The notes under the pieces were generated by a model that was not told the DNA's origin, searched no databases, and saw only the letters and a list, made by a program, of their open reading frames with translations. This document shows positions 52,978 through 62,928 of a stretch of 64,000 nucleotides of DNA, in pieces; position 1 is the first letter of the stretch, and every line of letters starts with the position of its first letter. The translations under genes were made by a program, and so were the position numbers. Source of the DNA: Candidatus Latescibacterota bacterium (GTDB taxonomy: Bacteria > Latescibacterota > UBA2968 > GCA-2709665). Location of the stretch: assembly GCA_965237675.1 (NCBI GenBank), contig OZ250150.1:4544001-4608000 (forward strand), given 5' to 3'.

Positions 52978-53307
52978 CTACAGGACAAGCGAATCGTAAT
53001 TTGCTCTGAGCCATGTGGTTTCTTCCGAGAGTTGCGCGAGGTCTCCCCGTTCGTAGCAGATGGACCACGGGTGGAGGCCGTTCTTTCCCAGCGTTTCTAT
53101 CCTGTGGTACTCCTCCAACTGGAGGTCGATCAGGGCGTTCAGGATTGCTCTGGTTGTCGTACCATAGGCGCCAGAAACGACGTTCAGTCTGGCCCTGAGA
53201 TCCGGCCTGGCGGAAAATCCGGCTTCTTTCCAGTGGTCTTTACCTCGCAAGGGCACCGCATACCAGGCAAATTGACCGACATCCCGGAGAGGATCACCCG
53301 CCTGCAT
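52978..53307 (-). pseudogene. Possible phosphotransferase (APH-like) C-terminal remnant
   Basis: AGDPLRDVGQFAWYAVPL resembles the segment after the DWD motif; no intact N-terminus. Confidence 0.35.
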
Positions 53308-53438
53308 TTCATTCTGGTCCTAAAAAAGCCGGCCTTACCACATGCCAGCCACCTCAGTGCCCGGGTTCGGCACGACGCTGCACGAGCATTTCGTCAACGC
53401 GATCGATGAATCGACGTCAGCCACGGGGAACGCCTCGA

Positions 53439-53747
53439 CTATCCCCCACCGAGGTGCGGCCGCACTTCCCGGTTCAGACGGTCTGCCAGTTCGTCCTCCG
53501 CCACATCCAGCTCATAGTCCGCCTGAATGTCCATCCAGAATCGGGGCGACATATAGAAGTAACGGGCGAGTCTCAGCGCCGTCTCCGCGGTGATGCCGCG
53601 TTTACCCAGCACAATCTCGTTGATTCGTCGTGGCGGCACCCCGATGGAAAGCGCGAGTTGGTTCTGGCTGAGATTCATCGGCTTGAGAAACCGTTCCAAC
53701 AACACCTTCCCGGGATGAATAGGCGCCAATTCCCGAGCGCACATCAA
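53439..53747 (-). CDS. higA: HigA family antitoxin
   Basis: PIHPGKVL, RINEIVLGKRGITAETALRLARYF, FWMDIQ. Confidence 0.9.
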   Translation of the reverse strand: MMCARELAPIHPGKVLLERFLKPMNLSQNQLALSIGVPPRRINEIVLGKRGITAETALRLARYFYMSPRFWMDIQADYELDVAEDELADRLNREVRPHLGGG

Positions 53748-53754
53748 TCTGACT

Positions 53755-54030
53755 CCATGGTGATCGTCTGCGATCTAAACGACGCGGGCGCCGCCGGTTC
53801 GACAGGTGAAACCAATACGCCATTGGTCGCTGACGGTCATACCGTACCGGCTCGCACGGTGTCGCCTCGAGGCCGCATTGCGATAGGCTGGCGGAATTCG
53901 AAGCTCGACGCGCGTCGTCGTCGACTATCGATTTGGCGTGCGAAGCCTGCGAACCCCGGCCTGGCCACTCCCGTGTTCGGGTGCGTTGGAAGTTCCGTGG
54001 GTTCGCTCGATCTCCGAAAGATCGCGCCAT
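53755..54030 (-). pseudogene. higB: Decayed HigB/RelE toxin
   Basis: MARSFGD start and VSDQWRIGF...IADDH in different frames, directly upstream of higA. Confidence 0.65.
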
Positions 54031-54042
54031 ACGAATAGTATA

Positions 54043-54156
54043 TAACGTTTTCCGTTAAATGGAAAGTGTTAAATGAAAACCGTTACATATTAAGCGTTAA
54101 ATGATAACCATTTAATGGAAACCGTTAAACGATAGATGTTAAACGACAAGCGTTAT
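54043..54156. repeat. AT-rich tandem array with exact 14-bp period in the higBA promoter region
   Basis: GTTA-type units start at 54054, 54068, 54082, 54096, 54110, 54124, 54138 and 54152. Confidence 0.85.
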
Positions 54157-54294
54157 GCCGTACGCAGACGCCATTCTTGACGTACCCTGTCCGCTGGCGA
54201 CGTACACGGTTGCCAACTGAGGAGCGGTTATCAGACGTCCGCACACGCCAGCGACGCCGGGCCAATCATCCCGCCGGAGGTCATGGCGTAAGTC

Positions 54295-54984
54295 TCAGCT
54301 TTGCGTCAGACGAAGCATGTTCGAATCGCCGAGCCGAAACTCGAAAGGCACGGACACGAGTTCGACGTCTACCCACCTCTGCACGGTCTGTATAGTACAG
54401 TCCAGATGCCTCGATGGTTCACCAGCCATGTCGAACAATGGAAATACTCGAACCTCTCGCCCGACCCGAAGCAGTTCACGGAGGAAGGAGAGGTGCGTTT
54501 CCAGGTCGAATTTCTCGGAGTACAGAAACAGCAGATGCGAGCCGAGGACAAGATCGAAGGACTTCGATCGGAAGGGTAACTCGGGCAGGCTCCCCGAAAC
54601 GTAACGACCTCTCCGAGTTACTGATTGAAAATCGCAAAGAAAGGTGTTCAGGATGTCCCGGCGCAGCCGGAGGACCTGTTCGGGGCTTCCATAGTGGTCC
54701 CACAGGAACCGTTCGCGTGCCTTTCGCATTCCCGCGAGCATCCGCCCGGCTGTGGTTTCGAAACTGGCCTTCAGATCCCGGCCGGAAAACCTGTAAATGG
54801 GATCGACGGCGACAACGAATCGCCCCGTTTGGCCCCATTCGGCGGCGAACGAAGACGGTCCGCTGCCACAGTCCAGTACGCGTGCGGACGGCGAGACGTC
54901 GGACAGCGCGAAGAACGCCTCGTATTCGGCCGCGCCTCGGCCCCACGCGGGAACGGTTCCCCCAAAATCGAATTCGCTTGACAT
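54295..54984 (-). CDS. SAM-dependent methyltransferase
   Basis: VLDCGSGPSSF, AVDPIY, FDLVLGSHLLFLY, EVRVFPL. Confidence 0.87.
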   Translation of the reverse strand: MSSEFDFGGTVPAWGRGAAEYEAFFALSDVSPSARVLDCGSGPSSFAAEWGQTGRFVVAVDPIYRFSGRDLKASFETTAGRMLAGMRKARERFLWDHYGSPEQVLRLRRDILNTFLCDFQSVTRRGRYVSGSLPELPFRSKSFDLVLGSHLLFLYSEKFDLETHLSFLRELLRVGREVRVFPLFDMAGEPSRHLDCTIQTVQRWVDVELVSVPFEFRLGDSNMLRLTQS

Positions 54985-55206
54985 GAGTCTCCAAATCAGA
55001 ACCAGACACCCGTCGAAGGTGTCTGGTGAGTGTTTGACTACGGTTTATCTCTTATTTTTTCAAAATGTTATAACCAGATCGTCCGGATGCTACCCATCCG
55101 ATGTTCCCGACACGTCTCTTGTTCAGGGCTGGCGCAACGACGGGTCGCGGATGCGCATGCGCCGAAGTCCTAAAAACGGATTTTGGCGCCGGTTACTGTA
55201 TGTAGT

Positions 55207-56184
55207 CTATCGAAACCACGTCCACCCGGCCCTCGTTGCCGGATAGACCAGTTCTTCTCTCAAATGCAGGTTCTTCACTTCCGGATCCTCAACACCGCGG
55301 CGTATGTCGACTGCAAATCGATATAATCTGTTGTCCGGATAGGCCGTCCTCCGGGTTGTGACCTGGGCGGCCGGTGAAAATCCGAGCTTCTCGAGTTCAT
55401 CCATGTAGATCGCCTCAATGCGCTCCACCAGTTCTCGCCTGCCACTGGCCCTGGCGAATCCCTCCCGCAGCAAGGGACAAACCTCAACGGCGATACCTTC
55501 AAGCTTCTTGAACTCTGCCCACAACCACTTGTGATAGGGCGCATATCGCCGATTGACCAGAAAACCAACCTTCATCGCGTACTCAGCGAATCTCGTCCAA
55601 TAGGTAAACGCGGTCACGTGGTCTCCCCGAGCCTCGGCCCTGAAGAGATGCTTCCGCCCCCACTCCGAGCACCAGGACAGGCAGGCCCCCATTCGCTGCC
55701 TCCATACATCCTCCGGATACCTGGAGAACGCTCTGAGGCGGGCACTTACAAAGCCGGGTTTATCGTGAAAGAGCCGGCTCGGAGTCAGTTCGAAAAGATA
55801 TGATTCCGGAATTCGCAACCAATCCTTTGGCGACTCAGGCGGCTCCGGGAATCCAACCACGCTTTTCATGTAGCTGCCGACTTCCACTACACGGCAGGTC
55901 CTCTCGGGTGGATTTTCCCAGTGAAACCCATCGTACTCCTGAGGTAGCGAATCCAGTATTTCCTGCAGACGATCGCCGCAATCGTCGAAGTCCTCCCTGC
56001 CAAGCCATACGGTGAATCCCGGTCCCCAACCGTGGTCGCGCGACACGTCGTCGTCGTTCTTGTGCGCTTGTGATCCGAACTCGACGCCGACGGCCAGTAT
56101 CCGCACACATCCGGGTAATCGTCGCTCAATCGCGGGGAGCCCGATCTCGCGAAAGAACCTCTCCGACAGTTCAAATCCTCTCAC
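55207..56184 (-). CDS. DUF4037 domain-containing protein
   Basis: GSQAHKNDDDVSRDHGWGPGF, YAPYHKW. Confidence 0.8.
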   Translation of the reverse strand: MRGFELSERFFREIGLPAIERRLPGCVRILAVGVEFGSQAHKNDDDVSRDHGWGPGFTVWLGREDFDDCGDRLQEILDSLPQEYDGFHWENPPERTCRVVEVGSYMKSVVGFPEPPESPKDWLRIPESYLFELTPSRLFHDKPGFVSARLRAFSRYPEDVWRQRMGACLSWCSEWGRKHLFRAEARGDHVTAFTYWTRFAEYAMKVGFLVNRRYAPYHKWLWAEFKKLEGIAVEVCPLLREGFARASGRRELVERIEAIYMDELEKLGFSPAAQVTTRRTAYPDNRLYRFAVDIRRGVEDPEVKNLHLREELVYPATRAGWTWFR

Positions 56185-56654
56185 GAATCCTCCACAATAG
56201 GGCGACGTACTTGATGGAAACCGACAACCTGTTGTTTACAAAACCCACGAAGTCTGTTTTCAGCTTGAAGGATAATTTCATCCACTTCGTCACGAATCAA
56301 CCGGTCGGTCTCCATTTGGCTGCCGGGCATGTTTACCCTCAACAGTGATTAAATCTCGAAAGCGCCAGGGGCGAATTAACCAAAGCTCGTATCGTCGCCG
56401 GTATGACAACGGCTGATTCTACTTGCTTCCAGAATCATCGCTAGACCCTCGATTTTTCGCACCCCAATTAATCCTCAGTCACAACGAGACCCCAACGCCT
56501 GCCATATGTCATACCCCTCGCGCGTACGGCTCTGGAGTGGGGGGTTTGTTCGCTGTACGGATCGAACCGCTCACCAGCAACCTCGTACGCCAGAACCAGG
56601 CGTCCCGGGATTCCGCGCTTTATCGTAGAACATCACTATCGTACCGGCACTCGT

Positions 56655-56861
56655 GCGGTCCCTTCAAGCGCTCGGTGGCGGTTGATGGGGCTTTTCCGCG
56701 CTTTTCCGTTCAGCAACACGCTTCAGTGTTACCCGTTTCGACGGCAGGCCGCCGATCTCTTGTTCTCACCCGGGAAATGATTCGCGGAAAAGGAGCCCCG
56801 CGGCGTCTGAGCGGCGCCCTTCTTTTTCGCCCTTTTTCTTGGGCGAAGCAAGAAAAAGGGC
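56655..56861 (+). ncRNA. Putative structured element, copy B
   Basis: Stem 56691-56700/56783-56792, GCCCCGCG..GAGCGGCG core, hairpin 56829-56861. Confidence 0.55.
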
Positions 56862-57006
56862 AAGGGAATGGGGGACGTTAACGGGAAGGGGAGACTCTAT
56901 GTCGTTCCGAATTCAATGACCACCCGCCCGGAACGCAGTTCCATGCAGGAATTGTCAGTTCTTGTCGAAAAGAAGAAATGGTCAAGAAACCTCGCGTCAG
57001 GCCAGG

Positions 57007-57465
57007 TTACGGCTGCTCCGGAAAAAGTTCCGGGATGCGGTCCGGCGTCAGAAAGGTGCGCAGTTCCGGATCCACCCCCGCCATGGAGCCGTGGGTGATC
57101 CACGAAAAGGCAAACACAACCCCGGCTTCCGGGCCCACCGTTCCAATATGCTCCCACTTGTCCGGTAAATTGCAATCGGCCGTGAACAGGTAATCCGTCC
57201 TTTCCACTTCCGATTGAATATACGGTTTGAAGTATCGTGTCGTGCCGATCTTGCGAATGAACTGCAGGTTTTCGATCCCTGACTCTTCCTGGGTTTCACG
57301 GTGCGCGGCCTGAAGCGGCGTTTCACCGGCCTCGATATTGCCTCCCGGAAGCCGATAGAATTCGTAACCGACGGATTTGAGCTTCAAGACCAGCAATTCA
57401 CATCTCTCATCCGCATCGTATCTTATAATGAACGCAAAAGCCTTTTTCACCATAGGCATTTTCAT
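57007..57465 (-). CDS. NUDIX hydrolase
   Basis: GGNIEAGETPLQAAHRETQEESG Nudix box. Confidence 0.9.
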   Translation of the reverse strand: MKMPMVKKAFAFIIRYDADERCELLVLKLKSVGYEFYRLPGGNIEAGETPLQAAHRETQEESGIENLQFIRKIGTTRYFKPYIQSEVERTDYLFTADCNLPDKWEHIGTVGPEAGVVFAFSWITHGSMAGVDPELRTFLTPDRIPELFPEQP

Positions 57466-57538
57466 ATTGTCACCACGGTTGACGCAGGGATGGACGGAGC
57501 GCAGAGGCGAGCATATCGCGACTGCCTATCGCCGTTCT

Positions 57539-58021
57539 TCATACCCCCAGAACGGCGCGGATATACGCCAGCGTCTCCTCCGGCGTCTGACGGCCGTTGT
57601 CGATCACCGTTCCGATTCCCGGATCGATATGAGAAGATCGATATTGTTCGCGTATGCGGGCTCGTTCGCGATCGGACAGTGCCCGCTGGCCCCGGTCGGA
57701 TATGGCGACTCCCAGGGGCGGTCGAAGCGTAACCGCGTGTATGGTTACGCCTGCATTTGCCGCTTCACGTTCGAAGAGCGCGTATTCGCGTTGTGAAATC
57801 GGCCACGTGACAACGACGTTGAACCCACGCGAGAGCCAATTTCGGGTCAACGTCAACGTATCCTCGACGCAGTAGGGAATTGCTTCCGACAGGCGCAGGC
57901 AGTCGGCGAAGTGCCGGAGGTCATCGACCTCGATGTGGACCGTCCTGGCCAGGCTTTCGGCCAGGAGCCGACCGATGGTCGATTTTCCGGAATTGATTGA
58001 ACCGTTGATATAAATCAGCAT
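57539..58021 (-). CDS. P-loop kinase-like (AAA_33) protein
   Basis: INGSINSGKST, HIEVDDLR. Confidence 0.8.
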   Translation of the reverse strand: MLIYINGSINSGKSTIGRLLAESLARTVHIEVDDLRHFADCLRLSEAIPYCVEDTLTLTRNWLSRGFNVVVTWPISQREYALFEREAANAGVTIHAVTLRPPLGVAISDRGQRALSDRERARIREQYRSSHIDPGIGTVIDNGRQTPEETLAYIRAVLGV

Positions 58022-58144
58022 AGGAACGGGACCGATTCTGCGACGAGGTCAACACGTGTATGGTTTGCAAACACCCGGTTGTCGAGGGCTGTTGTCAGCC
58101 AAAGCGCGGAAAGGATCACAGCAAGAATGGGTTGGCATGAGGTG

Positions 58145-58915
58145 TCAACCGACGAGGCCCCAGAGACGCTGCCGCTCCTCGGACCAGTCCCGCCAATCCG
58201 GGTGCACGTGTTTGATCGCCGTCAGGTCGCGCGTGCGGCCGCCCGGCGGAAAATAGTTCCAGCCCATGGCGCGCCGTGGACCCGCCGCCGTCTTCACGCC
58301 GGTGGCGTGCCAGCACGACGGTGTCCACACCAGGGTCCATCGCGGATCCAGAACGACTTCGACCTCAAGCGGGTGACGGGTGGCGTATTGCGCCGGCATT
58401 TCGTCGTGGGTGCCGGTGGCCAGTTCGAGTTGCAGCAGTTCCGCCGCGACCTCCTCCTTTGGACGGTGCTGGCTGCCGGGCAGCACCCGCAGCGGCGCGT
58501 TGCTGGCGTCGTGCCGGTCGAGGGCGGTACGGAAGGACACCTGCCTCACCTCGGGACTGCCGTCCGCGTGCCACTGGACCTGACGCCGGCCGCCGGCGCC
58601 GACCTCTTTGGAGGCGTCACCCACGCCGCAGGCGCCAACGTGCACCTCCTCAACGCCCAGAATCCGCCGCGCCGCATCCACCAGGTCCTGGCGCTCCACC
58701 ATCCGGAGCACTTGCTCACCCAACATCAGGAACTGACATGCCAGTCGGTTGCATCCCGGAGGAAACTCGATGCGCTCCCACTCAGGCGCCACTTCCTGCT
58801 GCCGGTTGTCGATCTGCCGCATCCCGCGCGCGCCGAAGGGGTTCGGCACCAGGAAAAACCCGTTACGCTCGAAGTGCGCCAGCTGGTCGTCGGTGATCTT
58901 CAGAAGATGTTCCAT
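58145..58915 (-). CDS. PhyH-family dioxygenase
   Basis: FERNGFF, WHAD, LRVLPGSQH, WHAT. Confidence 0.8.
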   Translation of the reverse strand: MEHLLKITDDQLAHFERNGFFLVPNPFGARGMRQIDNRQQEVAPEWERIEFPPGCNRLACQFLMLGEQVLRMVERQDLVDAARRILGVEEVHVGACGVGDASKEVGAGGRRQVQWHADGSPEVRQVSFRTALDRHDASNAPLRVLPGSQHRPKEEVAAELLQLELATGTHDEMPAQYATRHPLEVEVVLDPRWTLVWTPSCWHATGVKTAAGPRRAMGWNYFPPGGRTRDLTAIKHVHPDWRDWSEERQRLWGLVG

Positions 58916-58918
58916 AGT

Positions 58919-59995
58919 TCAAGCCCTCGTTACGGTTAGTTCTGCCAGTTTGCCCTCATCCAGTTCGACGCCGAGGCCGGGTCCCTCGAACGGAGCCAGG
59001 TAGGAGCCTTCGGCCCGCACGCGATCCCGTGCCGGCGAGGCGGTGTAAAGCAAGGGTCCCATCGGATCGCACGGCAGTTGGACCTGGGGAGAGGTGATGC
59101 CCACCGCCACCTGGGCGCTGACGCCAAGCGTCGACTCTTGGTCGGTACCGATCAGGCACGGCATGCCCACGGCCTCCCCCACTGCCAGGATGCGCTTGAT
59201 GTGTGTCGGTCCACCGCACACGCAGGCCACATTGAACGCCGTGCAGGCGCCGCGGTCGGCCGTCTCCCAGGCCTGCTGAAGAGACCAGATATGCCAGGTC
59301 ACCGGCAGGTCGACCCGCTGGGTGAACTGGGCGCTGGAACGCAGGTCGCGGGTCGGCTGCTCGAAGTGGTACGGATCGTGATGGCGCAGCCGGTCGCCGT
59401 AGCGCAGTACCTCCTGCCAGTCGTGGAAGCGGCCCGAGAAGTCGATGGACTTGAGCCGGATCCGGTCGCCGTACCTTGACTTCATCTCCGTGAGGAACCG
59501 ATCGTCGAGACCGGCGTCGCCGGAGACGTAGTAACGGAACAGGTGGTGGCCGAGATCGACGAGACGGTGCAGATAGGTGCCGGCGCGCTCGAAGTCCTCA
59601 ACCACCTGCCATCCGAAGATCGGATAGCAGCAATACAGCGCGTCGCGCACCTTGCCCCCAAGCATCTGGTACGCGGGCACACCCTGCGCCTTGCCGTTGA
59701 GATCGTAGAGCGCCAGATCGACGGCGCAGGCCACTTGTTGGTCGGCGACGGTGCTGCGCCAGTTCCGTGCGCGGGCGAAGTCGTTGATGTCGTTGATCCG
59801 GCGGGCGTCGCGGCCCTTCAACTGCTCGTTCAGTTGCCGCGCCAGGGCCGGCACATCGGCGCACCGGCTGTCCGACGCTTCGCCGAGGCCGATGGGGCCG
59901 TCGTCCACATGCACCTTGATCAGCACGTGGCCGGAGACGTGTCCGTAGAAGCGCGGTGTCTCGATCTGAATGACTTCGATGCTTTCGATATTCAC
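58919..59995 (-). CDS. Mandelate racemase/muconate lactonizing (enolase superfamily) enzyme
   Basis: GLGE, AVDLALYDLNGKAQGVPAYQMLGG, FEQP, GPGLGVELDE. Confidence 0.85.
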   Translation of the reverse strand: MNIESIEVIQIETPRFYGHVSGHVLIKVHVDDGPIGLGEASDSRCADVPALARQLNEQLKGRDARRINDINDFARARNWRSTVADQQVACAVDLALYDLNGKAQGVPAYQMLGGKVRDALYCCYPIFGWQVVEDFERAGTYLHRLVDLGHHLFRYYVSGDAGLDDRFLTEMKSRYGDRIRLKSIDFSGRFHDWQEVLRYGDRLRHHDPYHFEQPTRDLRSSAQFTQRVDLPVTWHIWSLQQAWETADRGACTAFNVACVCGGPTHIKRILAVGEAVGMPCLIGTDQESTLGVSAQVAVGITSPQVQLPCDPMGPLLYTASPARDRVRAEGSYLAPFEGPGLGVELDEGKLAELTVTRA

Positions 59996-60170
59996 GACGG
60001 TCTCCTGGCTCCGTGCATAATCACCTTATTCACAAAGCGTAACTTACATGGATGGACAGGATAGACGGGATAAAAACTCAAAAGCCAGATCCGGTGAAAT
60101 CTGACAAATCAGGTTCGGCAACACCTGTCGTTCCTTAAGGTACGGAACCCTCCAGGACAAGGTAGAATCC

Positions 60171-60743
60171 TTACGCCGAATCGCCAAGCAAGAAAGTCAA
60201 CGTCCTGTTGAACCGGAAACTCTCGTCGGGAACCACGTATTCCAACCGGTCGCACGAGAAGGTGCCCGACGGCGCCGTATCCTGGAGATGCGCGCAAAGC
60301 CGGAGGCTCTCGTCAATGGAAATGAACTCGGCAATTGTCATGTGTGGGGAAATGCGGCGTCTGCGATGCGCCTCGGGGGCAAAGCCTGACGTGCCGTGGA
60401 GGACATGCGTCAGACGGTCGATCGGCTCTCCCGGCGTAATGGGATGAGCGACACCGGCGTGTTTCGAGGACGCATAAAGTCTGTCATAGTGAAGCGTAAA
60501 CAGCTGGACATCGGAAAGGCCATCGCGGATTTCGCCGGCAAGCGCGGGGCACATTTCGCGGCTCAACGGATCGGATAATGAGATGTGCGTCGGACACCAG
60601 GCCGCCGAGCGGGGATCGTACCTGGCTCGCAGGAGGTCGATCTCCCGCGACACATCGGACGGCGGCAGGATCAGGATCACTCCCAGCCGGTAGCCGCGTT
60701 GCCAGTCTTCCCACCTGGATGTGTCCTCTGTGTACGTGATCAT
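60171..60743 (-). CDS. 2H phosphoesterase (2'-5' RNA ligase family)
   Basis: Two HxS/T motifs: THISL and PHMTI. Confidence 0.82.
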   Translation of the reverse strand: MITYTEDTSRWEDWQRGYRLGVILILPPSDVSREIDLLRARYDPRSAAWCPTHISLSDPLSREMCPALAGEIRDGLSDVQLFTLHYDRLYASSKHAGVAHPITPGEPIDRLTHVLHGTSGFAPEAHRRRRISPHMTIAEFISIDESLRLCAHLQDTAPSGTFSCDRLEYVVPDESFRFNRTLTFLLGDSA

Positions 60744-61075
60744 GCTCGACTGTCCGTAAGTACTTCCTCAATGGAATCGACAAGCCGTCGTCTGGGGACG
60801 GCGCCGACCAGGCGGTTCACGACACGTCCATTCTTGAAGAGCAGGAGGGTTGGAAGGCCCTGAATTCCGTACCGGACTGCCGAGGAATGGGATGTATCGA
60901 AATCCATCTTTCCTACTTTCAATCGCCCGGCATATTCAACAGCCAGTTCCTTTACAATCGGATCAATAAGGCGACAAGGCCCGCACCAATTCGCGCCAAT
61001 GTCGACGAGGACGGGCCGATCTGAGGAAATGACGTCCGTTTCAAAGGTCGCGTCCGTGAAAGTATCGGGTTTCAC
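60740..61075 (-). CDS. trxA: Thioredoxin
   Basis: WCGPC, PTLLLFKNG; AGGAGGAG RBS. Confidence 0.9.
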   Translation of the reverse strand: MKPDTFTDATFETDVISSDRPVLVDIGANWCGPCRLIDPIVKELAVEYAGRLKVGKMDFDTSHSSAVRYGIQGLPTLLLFKNGRVVNRLVGAVPRRRLVDSIEEVLTDSRA

Positions 61076-61332
61076 CCGTTTCTCCTCCTCTCTCTGTGTG
61101 ATTGCTCGTCTGGATCAAACCGTGAATAAGCCGGAAAGAAGAAATCCGGTTCGATGGACTGAACCCTGCCAAGATCGCACATCAGACCGATGTGCAGGGC
61201 GTTGGGGGCAATCCTGCCGGTCTCCCATCGAGCAATGGTGGACTGGGGAACCTCCAGGATATCTCCCAACTGCTGTTGAGTGATCCCGACGGATTTTCGA
61301 AACTGCCTGATCCGCAGCCAATCGAACGGCAC
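61072..61332 (-). CDS. XRE-family HTH transcriptional regulator
   Basis: RKSVGITQQQLGDILEVPQSTIARWETG; GGAGG before the GTG start. Confidence 0.85.
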   Translation of the reverse strand: MPFDWLRIRQFRKSVGITQQQLGDILEVPQSTIARWETGRIAPNALHIGLMCDLGRVQSIEPDFFFPAYSRFDPDEQSHRERRRNG

Positions 61333-61360
61333 AAAAGCCTCCAAGAATTATATCATATTT

Positions 61361-61395
61361 GCTATAATTATAGCGGAATACCAATCGACTGTCAA
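61361..61395 (-). promoter_or_regulatory. Perfect sigma70 promoter overlapped by a 14-bp palindrome
   Basis: TTGACA (61395-61390)-17 nt-TATAAT (61372-61367); palindrome GCTATAATTATAGC at 61361-61374. Confidence 0.8.
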
Positions 61396-61410
61396 GAACA
61401 AATTCGGTTT

Positions 61411-61869
61411 TTACGGATCCACCGGTTTGGAATTCGACACGCTGGAGGGGGGTGGCGCCTGTTTGGTGGCGTGATGAGTGTGCGTCGACAGGAGGGCGTC
61501 GGCAGCGGGCGGTTTTCCCAAAGGATAGTTTTGGGAAGACGCTGGGATCGTCATGCCGCGCTCCGTTGTCAAAAAGGTCTCTCCGTCAAGCGCCCTTAAT
61601 GGGAGCACCGTTCGTACGCCATGCGTGCTCAGATGCGCCTGGAACCGGTGGACATGCGACAGCCGGATTACCGGCGACAACGTGCCCAGCGAGTTCCGCC
61701 CGGGATCAGAGATTCTCAGGACGTACGATTCAGCGGAATTCGCGGACTCTATCTTGACAACATGGGCGATCTTACCGCTCATGTTGCGATATTGTCCATC
61801 CCACAGGATCCCATACTTCCAATGGAGCCATTCAGGACTCGGCAACGTGTCGTCCAGGCTCAACGCCAT
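61411..61869 (-). pseudogene. Probable truncated phosphotransferase (APH-like N-lobe)
   Basis: YVLRIS...FQAHLSTHGVRTVLPLRALDGETF with a good RBS; no catalytic C-lobe. Confidence 0.4.
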
Positions 61870-62056
61870 CTCACTTCGTCTCTTCCCTTAAAAAAGACCG
61901 CATAACGTGTCGGGTGTTGCAGGCCCGAAAATGCGGCATTACGCAGTAGCGCCTGCTCCGAAGCGGAGCAGGGACGGTCCATCTGACGCTGTAGATCTCG
62001 ACAACCCCCCGCCTCTTCCCACGTTGGAACCCGTTACTCACCGTTCAAGATTACTT

Positions 62057-62197
62057 TCAACCGCTCCATGCTTCTCCGGTTGGCGTCCAGGCGATCACAT
62101 CGGCTTGTCGAGCTTCCTCCAGGATGCGCAGCTTGTGTCTTCCGCGCTCCACGTTCGGTGATTCTTCCTGGGCATCGGACAGCACATCCTTGTCCAT
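62057..62197 (-). CDS. Small hypothetical protein (46 aa)
   Basis: AAAGGAG RBS, MDKDVLSDAQEE...WTPTGEAWSG; below the ORF-track cutoff. Confidence 0.4.
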   Translation of the reverse strand: MDKDVLSDAQEESPNVERGRHKLRILEEARQADVIAWTPTGEAWSG

Positions 62198-62483
62198 AAT
62201 GTACTCCTTTTGGAACAGGCTTGGAAGCGCAAACCCTCACTTCTAAAAACCGCTATTCTGTCTCATTTTCGTTTAAGCAATACAATACACGTTAGATGGT
62301 CGCTTTCCAGTACGTGCACAAGCCTAAAAAGCCTTGCAATTCATACAAAACCGGGAAATACCGTCTCAGTAGTTTTATGCACAAATGACAATTGCGATCC
62401 TTTGTTGTTTAAGGATCACTTTTTTATTATCCTTAAAATACCGCCCGGTTTCTCTGGGCAAGAGACGAGAAAAGGAGGATGTA

Positions 62484-62684
62484 ATGGGTGCCGGTACTGT
62501 TGTTATGGGATGGATCAATCGAGTAGTAAGGGGTGCGCGTCCTGAAACCGTGATTCGGGAACAAGAAGAAGATCCATTTCTGGCCCGGTCCTTGCAACTT
62601 GATGAGGACATGCGTACTGGTAAGAGCAGGACGCTATCTGTTGAGCAGACCAAACGGGAACTGGAGAGGCTAACAGTCCGTTGA
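62484..62684 (+). CDS. Small antitoxin-like protein
   Basis: AAAGGAGG RBS; acidic segment followed by EDMRTGKSRTLSVEQ. Confidence 0.5.
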   Translation: MGAGTVVMGWINRVVRGARPETVIREQEEDPFLARSLQLDEDMRTGKSRTLSVEQTKRELERLTVR

Positions 62685-62928
62685 TAAAGTCGCTCTGCAG
62701 GCGAGGCCGAGCCATTGTGGCCGAAGACAAGGCGCGCGACCGCGTCGAATCGGGGGATTCGGGGAGGGAGTGCAACGCAGTAATTCGGCCATAAGGGCCG
62801 GACGCAGCCCGGATGGACTTTTTCAACGGGCTGTAAAAGAGGGGTGCGAGGTGAATGAGGGCCGTCGGCGACGACGGACGAGAAGGGCACCGGGGCCTTC
62901 TCAACAAGAACCGAAGCCATCTGAACCG

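Noticed and set aside
54043-54156. Possible CRISPR array
   Set aside because: The 14-bp period leaves no room for spacers, and there are no cas genes.
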